DNA of 64,000 nucleotides from an uncultured Candidatus Saccharibacteria bacterium (GCA_964350735.1 CAYGKO010000001.1:182578-246577), one strand, 5' to 3'; positions 27,886-36,986 are shown, numbered from the stretch's first letter. Notes: a model not told the origin generated them from the letters alone. Translations and numbers: made by a program.

Positions 27886-28968
27886 TTACTCAAGTTCGCG
27901 TTCTAGTAGTTCTGCCAAGAAGGGGATCAGCGTATCTTTAAAGATTTTTGCCTTGCGGGGAAGATCGCCCGTAATGCTCTCAGCTAGACTGAGGCCAGTT
28001 TCTTCTTTGATGGTGCGATCGACGTATGAAATAGTAATAGCATTGAGACTGCCATCACCTTGAGTGCTGTCGTCCCCTCGAGTTACGATAATGCCGATCG
28101 CGTCACCATCAGTATTGAGGACAGGCCCTCCCGATACACCAGACACACCAATGGCAGTGCCAGTGAGACTAAAGAGATCGGCGTAGTTAGAGCCGAAGGT
28201 AAAGAGATCAAAGATACTTGAAGTAGCGACACGTTGTTGCGGGGTGAAGGTGAGATCACCAGCAATGATGGTGTTGCTCGGGTAGCCACCGATAGTGACG
28301 GGGTCGCCATAGAGACTGCGCGGAGGCAGAGATACATTAGGTTGGATAGCGGGTATGACATTAAACATTGGTTGATTATCAATACGTCTAGTGGCATACA
28401 AAAGAGCATAGTCGCGTTCACCCGTACCACGCGGCTTGGCTGCAGTGACCAAGTCAGCGTGTTCATATACCCAAGCGGGTGAGATGTATAAGAGTTCAGC
28501 TTCGTAGGTAGGGGAGGCAGGACTGCCGGTGCGAACAATACATTCGGTTGTAGCGTTGTCTGACATGTCTTCCAGCAGTAGGAACTGCGCGACGTGTGCA
28601 TTAGTAAGGATTACTCCATCAGTCCCAATAAAAAATCCAGAGCCAGTAGTGCTGCGCACGAGAGCATCAGTAGTATATTCACAAAAAATGTTCACTAACG
28701 TTTCTTTGATTGGGGCGCTAGCAGGTCGAACTGGTTCGACACTGCCCAGTACCGCTGCTTGTTGGTAGAAAGCATTAGTAATGAGGATATCAGGGATATT
28801 GCCGCCGTATTCGTACTCAGAGGGAAGCCGAGTGAGTGTACCGTCAGTCACTTCAGCTGTTGGTTCATCCACTCCCTCGATCAGCTGGTTCAGTTGATCC
28901 GCTAGGCTGTTGGTGAGCCCAAGATATCCGATTAGGATGCTGGTAAATATATCGCTTAAGAATTGCAT
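27886..28968 (-). CDS. secreted trypsin-like serine protease (S1 family)
   Basis: GSGFFIGTDGVILTNAHV contains the His and GVSGGPVL the Ser of the catalytic triad. Confidence 0.6.
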   Translation of the reverse strand: MQFLSDIFTSILIGYLGLTNSLADQLNQLIEGVDEPTAEVTDGTLTRLPSEYEYGGNIPDILITNAFYQQAAVLGSVEPVRPASAPIKETLVNIFCEYTTDALVRSTTGSGFFIGTDGVILTNAHVAQFLLLEDMSDNATTECIVRTGSPASPTYEAELLYISPAWVYEHADLVTAAKPRGTGERDYALLYATRRIDNQPMFNVIPAIQPNVSLPPRSLYGDPVTIGGYPSNTIIAGDLTFTPQQRVATSSIFDLFTFGSNYADLFSLTGTAIGVSGVSGGPVLNTDGDAIGIIVTRGDDSTQGDGSLNAITISYVDRTIKEETGLSLAESITGDLPRKAKIFKDTLIPFLAELLERELE

Positions 28969-29040
28969 AGATTTCTCTCAAGTATAGCAAGCAGGGCTAG
29001 AAATCGAACAGGATAAGTGCTAGAATATCGCCCACAGAAA

Positions 29041-29111
29041 CGCGGGATTAGTTAAATGGTATAACATCTGCCTTCCAAGCAGAGGTCAGGAGTTCGATTC
29101 CCCTATCCCGC
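29041..29111 (+). tRNA. tRNA-Gly(UCC); no encoded CCA; integration target
   Basis: Acceptor GCGGGAT/ATCCCGC, anticodon stem TCTGC/GCAGA with loop CTTCCAA, T arm AGGAG-TTCGATT-CCCCT. The 3' 26 nt overlap the integrase ORF. Confidence 0.75.
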
Positions 29112-30567
29112 ACATAGTTGAAAAATCAGCATTCTTAGGGGTCCTTGCGAGCATATCGTAAGGACTTTTAAGTTGTGGTTGAGCCATTTTCTTATCTTTG
29201 AGCAAGGAGTTCGAAAGTACCTCATAGGCCATTTCTCGTTTACGCTCTGGAATTGCTTTCAAATACCTAGATTTGGCTCTACTACTGGCTATAAATAGCT
29301 TTTTTGTACGTTCGAGAGTAACTAAAGGGTCTTGGGTATTTTGTTTGAGATTGTTGAGGGATTTTGTCAGTGCGATACGGCTATGTTTAATTTCTGCCTG
29401 CTTTGCCTCATACGTTTCTTTGTTGATGCTCTCAGCTAGATACGTATCAAGTAGTTTATTTTCACGGACTTTGAGTATATCCAATTCACGCTGTGTGTTT
29501 TCAAGATGAGTTGTGTCTAATTCTCCCTCATGCTCAAGTTTTTCCAAAGCTGCTTGGTACATGATTTCTATCAGCTCCTCATCAAAAGCAATATCATCAA
29601 AGATTGAGACAAATTGCTCTTCTAATTTCTCTTGGCGCAAGAATAGCCGTTTTTGGTCGCAGATACCTTTTCCATTAGTGCAGTGGTAGTAGATGTACGT
29701 TTTTTGTTTTTCAGCAGTGACAGCGCAGCCACAGACACCACAGGTGTATAAACCAGTAAGAGGGAAGACGTGTTTTTGAGTCCGTGGCTTAGAACCGCCG
29801 GTCATGACCGTTTGGCATTGGTCGTAGAGGTCTTTAGTGACGATGGTATCAAAGCTCGCTTCGTAGTATTTTCCTGAATACAGTATCACACCGTGATAAA
29901 TAGGATTCTTGAGAATGCGTTGAATCGGCCCACAGTGTACTTTCTTGCCAGAGCGGGTGCGCATGCCTTTGTCATACATGTGGCCAGCTAATTCACGGAT
30001 GCTGTAGAGACCAGTAGCGTAATGCTCATACATCATGCGGACATACTCACCACGTACAGGGTCAATGTATAAAGTCTTGTCTACTTTGTTATTGAGATAG
30101 CCAAAGGGTGCGTTACAAGGCCAACCACCCTGACTGAGTTTTTGACGATTACCCCGCTTCACGTTTTCGGATAAATCACGAGAGTATTGGTTAGCCATAC
30201 CAAGCTCCACCGCCATCATAAGGACGTTGTCTGAGGGTAGGTATTCTTTCTCGTAGGTCTGGATGCTTTTGAGAACGTTGCGTTGTAGTAGGTCAATGAT
30301 TAGTCCGCCATCAATAAAGTTGCGAGCCAGTCTGTCTAGTTTCCAGCAGAGAAGACCGTCAGCTTTGCCAGCTTGAATTTGCTGCATAACGTTATTGAAT
30401 ACTGGACGCCCGACAGTCTTGGCGGACATACTTTCATGGTAGACGGCGGTAATTTCAATACCAAGGAGAGCAGCTGTTTCTGTTAGCTCACGCTCTTGTG
30501 CATCGAGGGACTGGATTTGTCTGTCCTCAGACTCTTGTGACTTTCGGCAGTAGAGGATGTATTTCAT
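29086..30567 (-). CDS. large serine recombinase (integrase)
   Basis: N-terminal resolvase catalytic domain (YCRKSQESED...SLDAQ...DRLARN), recombinase domain, Cys-rich zinc ribbon (CGVCGC...HC) and coiled-coil tail. 493 aa. Confidence 0.8.
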   Translation of the reverse strand: MKYILYCRKSQESEDRQIQSLDAQERELTETAALLGIEITAVYHESMSAKTVGRPVFNNVMQQIQAGKADGLLCWKLDRLARNFIDGGLIIDLLQRNVLKSIQTYEKEYLPSDNVLMMAVELGMANQYSRDLSENVKRGNRQKLSQGGWPCNAPFGYLNNKVDKTLYIDPVRGEYVRMMYEHYATGLYSIRELAGHMYDKGMRTRSGKKVHCGPIQRILKNPIYHGVILYSGKYYEASFDTIVTKDLYDQCQTVMTGGSKPRTQKHVFPLTGLYTCGVCGCAVTAEKQKTYIYYHCTNGKGICDQKRLFLRQEKLEEQFVSIFDDIAFDEELIEIMYQAALEKLEHEGELDTTHLENTQRELDILKVRENKLLDTYLAESINKETYEAKQAEIKHSRIALTKSLNNLKQNTQDPLVTLERTKKLFIASSRAKSRYLKAIPERKREMAYEVLSNSLLKDKKMAQPQLKSPYDMLARTPKNADFSTMCGIGESNS

Positions 30568-30580
30568 ATGCTATTCATAG

Positions 30581-31413
30581 TTAGCGTGTCTTTAGACTAT
30601 ACAAACTCCGCATTTCAGACAACTGTTCAGGACTCAGATTGTATGTTGCACAAAAAGTTGGGTTTTCTATAACAGGACGTTTTTTTGATGGTTTGGTAAT
30701 GTATGCGTATAGTGATTTATGGTCAGCGAGATAGTCCATAATCTCTCCCGCTATGTGTTCATGAGAAATAACCTCTGGTTTGTATAGACCTCGACTGGAG
30801 AAATATTTCTTCCTACCGACCAATCGTTTATCGAGCGCATCCTTAGTCATGTATTTTGTCATATATCTACCTACGTTCGGTATTTTGCTGACATTCTTTT
30901 TCTTGATATGGCCATGCTCCCAAATAGAAGCAAATTCTCCAGTATTAAATTCATGCCTAGCGTTAATCTTCGGGAGATTAAAGAAGACTGCATGATAGTG
31001 GACTGCTCCACGTTTTTGAAACTCTGGGACTGCAACATATTTTACAATTGATTCTTTAGTGCCGTACGTATGATAATTCAAGCGTTTAATATAATTTGTG
31101 AAGAGAGTATTTGCAGTCGCTATATCTTTAATGTTTTCATGAATCGTGTAGGTTAGAAATTGAGGTTGAATTATTACTTCAAACTCATCCAGCCACATAC
31201 GAGAATTAGCGTTTATTAGCCTAATGAGTGCATTTCTTGTACGACTCAAAGAACTTTCACTGGTGACTTGTTCAGCCAACATTCTCCTTTTACGGTATGG
31301 TGCCTGTTTTTTACTTGAAAGAAGGTCGTAGCCGATTGCTTTAGTAAACTGCTGGGCCTCAACAATGTGACCTGAAATAATTATTTTGTAGTGACTGACT
31401 CGTGGTTTTGCCA
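30581..31413 (-). CDS. rep: rolling-circle replication initiator (HUH endonuclease, phage CRI/Rep-type)
   Basis: HUH motif HYHAVFF and catalytic-tyrosine motif VGRYMTKYMTK (YxxKYxxK). Start reset to MAKPRV. Confidence 0.6.
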
Positions 31414-31746
31414 TAAATAGTTTCGAATTATGTGTATATAAAATCAAGTCACTTTCTGCTCCGCAGAAAGGCCGGCATCGGCCTTTCGCCTCACCCCACG
31501 AGGGGGCGAGGGCGAGACGAAAGCCGCTCCCGACCCACCCCAACCGTTTGAGGAAAAGAAAAAGATATATATAGTTGCGAGAACGAGGCTAGGTGTAGCT
31601 GCGCTTGTTCGCAGGAAATAGACACCGCATGTGTATCTAACATGTACCGCTTATACCGTGTGACTAATTCATTACTAAATTCCATTAACTACAGAATACA
31701 AAAAGACCCCGAGCTAACTCGGGTCAAAGTAGGGTTAGTTTTAACA

Positions 31747-32430
31747 CTAATTTAGGTACTTAGGATTAACCTTTATCGCACCATTCTCAGTGCTTCCAAA
31801 ATCTAGAAATGCACTAATCTTGTCTTCAGTATGTTTCTGTACAGCTTTATTTAAATTTTTACACGCGTTGATATATGTACTAGCTTCAACGTCTGAGTCA
31901 TAAACACCTTCGTTACGAAGTTCAGCATAAGAATATTCATTTTCTGTACCGTTTTCAAAAATATGTTTCAAAATAAAGTGGTGGACAGGTTTATTTTGTC
32001 TTCGAGAAACTGGAATAGTGAGACCTCTCACACTTAGTACGCTGTTTTCAATATCATACTCAAGCTCTTTGGTACTAATCTCCTTGAGAGGTACACCATT
32101 ACTTAGCTCACGATAAATTTTCCAAGGGTTGCCTAAAACCCACAACTCAAAACGTAAGTCTGGCTCTTCTAGCTGTCTAGGTGTAATTTCACCGTGCTCA
32201 ATTAGCTGCATTTCATTCTCGTGATCAACTGGTTCTGATGAGTACCGAAACTCAAATACTTCTAAGGGAGCCAATTCAGCTAGAGTAGTATTGAAGCTGT
32301 GGAAGTTCATACCAACACCTTGAATATCTAGGTCCCTAATGTAAATCACTGGAAAATCAGACTCCTCCTTTTCATTTTGATATAGCTTGCTGATGATTAC
32401 CTCAAGCACTTTGATGAGTTTTTCACCCAT
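31747..32430 (-). CDS. hypothetical protein, co-directional downstream of the XRE regulator
   Basis: 227 aa and AT-rich. A terminator hairpin lies downstream at about 31705-31730. Confidence 0.4.
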   Translation of the reverse strand: MGEKLIKVLEVIISKLYQNEKEESDFPVIYIRDLDIQGVGMNFHSFNTTLAELAPLEVFEFRYSSEPVDHENEMQLIEHGEITPRQLEEPDLRFELWVLGNPWKIYRELSNGVPLKEISTKELEYDIENSVLSVRGLTIPVSRRQNKPVHHFILKHIFENGTENEYSYAELRNEGVYDSDVEASTYINACKNLNKAVQKHTEDKISAFLDFGSTENGAIKVNPKYLN

Positions 32431-32435
32431 AGTGT

Positions 32436-32642
32436 CTATACTAAATCTTTAATATCAACTTTTAAGGCTTTGGCGAATTTCTCCATACTAGTAAGAGTGA
32501 TGTTTTTCTCACCACGCTCAATCATTCCAACATAGGTGCGGTGTACTTTCGCTAGCTCGCCAAGACGTTCTTGAGACAGGTCACGCTCATCACGTAAACA
32601 TCGAACGCGCTTACCAAACTTTTTGAGTAGAGGTGATTTCAT
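32436..32642 (-). CDS. XRE-family HTH transcriptional regulator (Cro/CI-like)
   Basis: LRDERDLSQERLGELAKVHRTYVGMIERGEKNITLTSMEKFAKAL is a canonical HTH_XRE. Confidence 0.7.
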   Translation of the reverse strand: MKSPLLKKFGKRVRCLRDERDLSQERLGELAKVHRTYVGMIERGEKNITLTSMEKFAKALKVDIKDLV

Positions 32643-32697
32643 TACATACAGCGTATGTAATTGCTAACTTTGATTCTACATACTATAGTTAGCACAT
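32643..32697. promoter_or_regulatory. divergent promoter/operator region with inverted repeats TACATAC-AGC-GTATGTA and TGCTAACT...AGTTAGCA
   Basis: Seen directly between the XRE gene and the GIY-YIG gene. Confidence 0.35.
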
Positions 32698-32976
32698 ATG
32701 CATTGCTACGTGTACATAGTTGAGTGCTCAAATGGAGGACTCTATACTGGAATAACTAAGAATTTACGTAAGAGATTAAACCAACACAATGGTTTTCTGA
32801 AAGGTGGAGCGTATTACACGCGTATGCATCGACCGGTTAAATTTGTTCATATTGAGCGTTATTCAAGTAGGAAATTATCAAGAGAGCGTGAATTGGAGAT
32901 ACAATCATGGGAGCATGATGCAAAAATTGGCCTGATTGCAGGAACATCAAAAGAGCAAATCATCTCGTCTATTTAA
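32698..32976 (+). CDS. GIY-YIG nuclease family protein (small, UPF0213-like)
   Basis: CYVYIVECSNGGLYTGITKNLRKRLNQHN carries the GIY...YIG motifs. 92 aa. Confidence 0.6.
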   Translation: MHCYVYIVECSNGGLYTGITKNLRKRLNQHNGFLKGGAYYTRMHRPVKFVHIERYSSRKLSRERELEIQSWEHDAKIGLIAGTSKEQIISSI

Positions 32977-33001
32977 TATTGTTGACAGCGAAGGCACATA
33001 G

Positions 33002-34252
33002 TTGCAATATATCTATATGGCAACAGGCTCTATTGAAAAAAATGAAACTAGAAAGGGAGTGACGGAATTTTTTTATGTACTAAAAGAAGGGGATTCTGAG
33101 TTGCACAGGAATAAGATATTTATCGTAGATACAGTAAAATCACAAGTAAGGATGTTTCCGACAAATGCCGGCATCCCAGAAGTTGTTTTTGAAAACAGAA
33201 CTAAAGTGCCTCTAGCGCTTGTTACCGATAAGGCAAAATTTATAGCTGGTAGTTTTATTCAATATAGATTGACTAAGGAAAATATAACAATAAAAAAGAT
33301 TGTTATTGATAAAGGAATTAAAGATAGGATTGATAAGAAAACAGGAGTTTTATACCTAGAATATGAAAAACTTTTAAAGTTTAAAAAAAGACTTGCAAGA
33401 ATAACCCAGGATGCAAAGGATGATAAGTCACTAGAAGCTGATTTCTATGTTCATGATATTTTGCCTGAACACTTTAATGATCCCGATGGTGTAGGAAATT
33501 CAGTTTCAAAAAAGTTATCGAGTATATTCGACAATCTAACAGAAGATATTATTGAACATATTCCCAGAAAAAATGTCGACGAGTTATTTGAGTTTGTTAG
33601 CACTATCTTGGATAAACGGTACAAAACAGCTAAAGATAAAAAACGCCTATTGGAGTTTGTAAGAATTAAAGTTAATGAAAAACCCATTGAAGAACTAATA
33701 GGTGAATTTGAGAAAAACATTAAGGATGTTGTATCTGAAAGTGATTGGTCTAAGTTTATTAAACGTAATCTATTTTTGATTGACCCTAATTACGTTAAGC
33801 ATTACCCAGAACTTGGTGTGACTCTTGGTATTAAAATTCGTAAGGTTGATTTTGGATTGCTCGATGTTCAATCAAACTTAGATATTTTCGAAATAAAGAC
33901 AGACAGGACTCAATTGCTTGCAACAGGAGAAGACAGGGGTAATCATTATTGGAGTACGGCTGCTATAAAGGCAATTACCCAGGCAGAAAAGTATTTGTAT
34001 AATGCTGAAAGAAATGCAGACTCGTTAGAGAAGGCTCTTTTAAGAGAGACAGCTGATGAGGTTAATGTTGTAAGGCCTAGAGTTATACTTTTAATGGGTA
34101 ATAGCAGGCAACTTAAAACAAAAAATCAGAAAGAAGATTTTAGGGTTTTAAGAAAATCGCTAAAAAATATTGAGATTGTCTTGTATGACGAATTATTAAG
34201 TAAACTAACTGGTCTGAAAGATAAAAAATCTTTGTTTGGAAGTAATGAGTAA
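33002..34252 (+). CDS. Shedu-like (DUF4263) putative PD-(D/E)xK nuclease with a unique N-terminal domain
   Basis: C-terminal VDFGLLDVQSNLDIFEIK (D...E-x-K core) and the terminal NIEIVLYDELL motif are recalled as typical of DUF4263. About 32% GC. Lies 26 bp downstream of the GIY-YIG gene. Confidence 0.4.
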   Translation: MQYIYMATGSIEKNETRKGVTEFFYVLKEGDSELHRNKIFIVDTVKSQVRMFPTNAGIPEVVFENRTKVPLALVTDKAKFIAGSFIQYRLTKENITIKKIVIDKGIKDRIDKKTGVLYLEYEKLLKFKKRLARITQDAKDDKSLEADFYVHDILPEHFNDPDGVGNSVSKKLSSIFDNLTEDIIEHIPRKNVDELFEFVSTILDKRYKTAKDKKRLLEFVRIKVNEKPIEELIGEFEKNIKDVVSESDWSKFIKRNLFLIDPNYVKHYPELGVTLGIKIRKVDFGLLDVQSNLDIFEIKTDRTQLLATGEDRGNHYWSTAAIKAITQAEKYLYNAERNADSLEKALLRETADEVNVVRPRVILLMGNSRQLKTKNQKEDFRVLRKSLKNIEIVLYDELLSKLTGLKDKKSLFGSNE

Positions 34253-34275
34253 ACTTATAATAATGTACTGAAAAT

Positions 34276-34923
34276 ATGAATATAAACGACATCTACCTTA
34301 AATATAGAATTAATAAAGGTTTACGAGAGCATATGGTCCGAGTGGCTGCTGTTGCTCAGCTTATCTGTGATAAGTCCACCGTTGAGCTTGATGCCAAAAA
34401 CATAGTTACTGCGTGTCTTCTGCATGATATGGGTAACTTAATTAAAGCTAAGATGGACAGCATGCCAGAATTGTATGAGCCGGAAGGTGTAGCTTACTGG
34501 ACACAAGTGCAAGCTGAGATGATAGAGAAATATGGTGCTGATGAGCATACAGCCACTGTAGATATTGTAAACGAGATTGCTCCAGGAGATGAAGTTTTGC
34601 ATTATGTTTTTGACGCTATCGGTACAGAAAATACTGCCAAGGTCCACGTAGATGAGTCATTGGGTGCTAAAATTGCTACATACAGTGATATGCGCGTTGG
34701 TCCTTTTGGAATCATCAGTATAAAAGAGAGAATGGATGACCTTAGAGTCAGATATATTTCTCGGAATAAGCCTGGATTTTCAGCAGAAGATATCGACCAA
34801 AGAGAACAAATGCTCGAAGATATCGAAAATGTAATATTTGCCAGCTCTACTATTACCGCAAGCGATGTGACAGATGAGTCAACGCAGTTGCTACAAGAAA
34901 ACCTTCTCAATTGGGAGATCTAA
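34276..34923 (+). CDS. HD-domain phosphohydrolase
   Basis: H..H (HMVRVAAVAQ) and HD (ACLLHDMG) motifs. Confidence 0.55.
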   Translation: MNINDIYLKYRINKGLREHMVRVAAVAQLICDKSTVELDAKNIVTACLLHDMGNLIKAKMDSMPELYEPEGVAYWTQVQAEMIEKYGADEHTATVDIVNEIAPGDEVLHYVFDAIGTENTAKVHVDESLGAKIATYSDMRVGPFGIISIKERMDDLRVRYISRNKPGFSAEDIDQREQMLEDIENVIFASSTITASDVTDESTQLLQENLLNWEI

Positions 34924-34934
34924 CGCTGTAAATA

Positions 34935-34963
34935 GGTTCAAACATCGTCCCGCAAACCGCACA
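34935..34963 (+). repeat. repeat R1 (GGTTCAAACATCGTCCCGCAAACCGCACA), tRNA-3'-end-like, plus downstream hairpin
   Basis: Copy 1 of 3 direct repeats. It begins 12 nt after the HD gene stop. Confidence 0.5.
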
Positions 34964-35082
34964 CGAGATTTAAGCGCCAGCAATGGCGCTTTTGCTGTTT
35001 GAGAGTTGAGAATAATATTGACTACACAGCAATATTATGCTATAATCCTATTCAGGAATTCATCAAGACATAGGAGGTTCTG

Positions 35083-35643
35083 ATGAAAGTAATGTCAATC
35101 ACTGGCGCTTCTGGTGTTGGTAAATCGACTCTTGAAAAAGCATTAGTCGCGCACTTTGGAGGCGGGAGAGTCAGGACAATTACGACTCGACCACCAAGGG
35201 AAGGTGAAACTTCGTCAGATTATGATTTCCAGACCAGGGAATCATTGATTGGCCGCACCGACTTACTCTGGAATGTTGAAATTCATGGAAATCTTTACTC
35301 TGTGGCTGAATCTGAATTTGATAAAGCCGCGAGCGAAACAGGTGGATTTGCATTTGTTTGCATAACGCCTGAACGCCATGATTTTCTGTCTGATTACTTC
35401 AGGCCTAAAGGTGTGCGTACTATTCCAGTTCATTTGGTTAGCCCAGGTAATGTGGAATTAGAACGTAGACTAAGAGCTCGCGGTGAATCTGAAGAGGCGA
35501 TTCTGAAGAGAATCGACGATTCTAGAGAGTTTGAAGCAAACGCTTCTAAGGTTGAAAGATTGAACTTTGTTCAGCCTGATACCCCGGAGGTTGTGTTTGC
35601 TGAAGTTGTACGACTGTACCATGACGCCAACACCCTGAAATGA
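35083..35643 (+). CDS. guanylate kinase-like nucleoside monophosphate kinase
   Basis: P-loop ITGASGVGKST, the TTRPPREGE..DYDF motif of Gmk, and RRLRARGESEEAI. Confidence 0.55.
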   Translation: MKVMSITGASGVGKSTLEKALVAHFGGGRVRTITTRPPREGETSSDYDFQTRESLIGRTDLLWNVEIHGNLYSVAESEFDKAASETGGFAFVCITPERHDFLSDYFRPKGVRTIPVHLVSPGNVELERRLRARGESEEAILKRIDDSREFEANASKVERLNFVQPDTPEVVFAEVVRLYHDANTLK

Positions 35644-35699
35644 AGACATCCTGTCTGAATTTGGGGTGTTTTCTTTTGTATTTGAGTTATTATTGATAC

Positions 35700-36107
35700 A
35701 TGGAAAAAATACCAAGAATAGGGGTTGGTGTCATCATTACAAAAGACAATAAGGTTTTATTAGGGCAGCGTAAGAATGCACACGGCACCGGTAGCTGGTG
35801 CCCACCGGGGGGACATTTAGAGTTTATGGAGACCATCGAAGACTGCGCTCGTCGAGAAACTATGGAAGAGGTGGGAGTGAAAATTAAAAATATTCAGAAA
35901 CCTGTTTTTACGGAAGACTTCTTTAAAGAAGAAGATAGACACTACATAACCATGGTTGTGACAACCGAATGGGATTCAGGCGAACCAAAATTAATGGAGC
36001 CAGATAAATGTGAACAATGGGATTGGTTTAATTGGGATGAGTTGCCGTCACCACTCTTTTTACCTATGCAGAATCATATTGACCAAGGCTATAATCCTTT
36101 TCAATAA
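35700..36107 (+). CDS. NUDIX hydrolase
   Basis: Nudix box GGHLEFMETIEDCARRETMEEVGV. Confidence 0.6.
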   Translation: MEKIPRIGVGVIITKDNKVLLGQRKNAHGTGSWCPPGGHLEFMETIEDCARRETMEEVGVKIKNIQKPVFTEDFFKEEDRHYITMVVTTEWDSGEPKLMEPDKCEQWDWFNWDELPSPLFLPMQNHIDQGYNPFQ

Positions 36108-36109
36108 AA

Positions 36110-36137
36110 GTTCGAACATCGTCCCACAACCCGCACA
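36110..36137 (+). repeat. repeat R2 (GTTCGAACATCGTCCCACAACCCGCACA) running into a 14-bp-stem hairpin
   Basis: Copy 2. It starts 3 nt after the NUDIX stop. The hairpin's 3' arm, TGCGGGATAGGGG, is a 13-nt reverse-complement match to the tRNA-Gly(UCC) 3' end. Confidence 0.5.
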
Positions 36138-36327
36138 ATACAATTTGCCGCCTTCGGGCGGCTTTTGTATTGTGCGGGATAGGGGTGCAGCTTTTCGGAG
36201 AAAAGCGTTGCACGAATCGAAAAGCTTTTGAGACAGATTCGACCAAAGGGAGAATATGTCCAAAAGGTGTACTGCTCCTGTAAGGAGAGATTCTCCAATC
36301 TCAAAATATAATGATATTCTTACAATT

Positions 36328-36954
36328 ATGATTTCAGTAGCCATACAAGGTGCAGGTGGAAAATTAGGTTCAAAAATTGCGGAACATTTAGAACGTTCTG
36401 ATAATTTTAAGTACGTTGGTCCAATCACACGAGAATCAGATGTTCCTGACTGCGATGTGGTTGTTGATGTTTCTGGGGCTGAAGGCACTAAAGCTCTTAT
36501 TTCTAAACTGAATGGGCAAAAATTACTTATAGGGTCTACCGGTGATTTACCCGTAGACATGTTGGAAAGTTACGCACATCAGGCAGCAGTGCTGACCGCA
36601 CCAAATTTTTCAATTGGTATGAGGATTTTATATAAACTTTTACAAAATATTGAACCCTCAAAGTGTAGTGGATTTGAGAAGGTGATTGATGATGTTCACC
36701 ATATTCATAAAATAGACTCCCCAAGTGGTACAGCCTTAAAGATGCAAACTATTCTGAAGGAGAACAATATCGATGTATGTATAAAAAGTGAACGTTCCGC
36801 AGAGGTGTTAGGAGATCACTCATTAGTGCTTCAAAATAAAAATGAGCGAATCAGGTTGTCTCATGAAGTTTTGAACAGAGATGTCTATGCGGAAGGTTGT
36901 TTAGAATTAATTTCTGAATTAGTCACTTTGGACAAGGGTCTACACATTAGATAA
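36328..36954 (+). CDS. dapB: 4-hydroxy-tetrahydrodipicolinate reductase-like (DapB family)
   Basis: MISVAIQGAGGKLGSKI (NAD-binding), DDVHHIHKIDSPSGTAL (the HHxxK-DAPSGTA signature) and a C-terminal match to DapB. About 37% GC. Confidence 0.55.
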   Translation: MISVAIQGAGGKLGSKIAEHLERSDNFKYVGPITRESDVPDCDVVVDVSGAEGTKALISKLNGQKLLIGSTGDLPVDMLESYAHQAAVLTAPNFSIGMRILYKLLQNIEPSKCSGFEKVIDDVHHIHKIDSPSGTALKMQTILKENNIDVCIKSERSAEVLGDHSLVLQNKNERIRLSHEVLNRDVYAEGCLELISELVTLDKGLHIR

Positions 36955-36958
36955 AAAA

Positions 36959-36986
36959 GTTCGAACATCGTCCCGCAAGGCACACA
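36959..36986 (+). repeat. repeat R3 (GTTCGAACATCGTCCCGCAAGGCACACA)
   Basis: Copy 3. It starts 5 nt after the dapB-like stop. Confidence 0.5.

Noticed and set aside
34935-36986. Classical integron (attC cassette array) interpretation of the R1-R3 repeats
   Set aside because: No IntI-type tyrosine recombinase or attI/Pc is present. The repeats start with GTTCGAA, which does not fit the GTTRRRY core. The sequence is conserved rather than only the structure. A serine-recombinase att-relic origin fits better.
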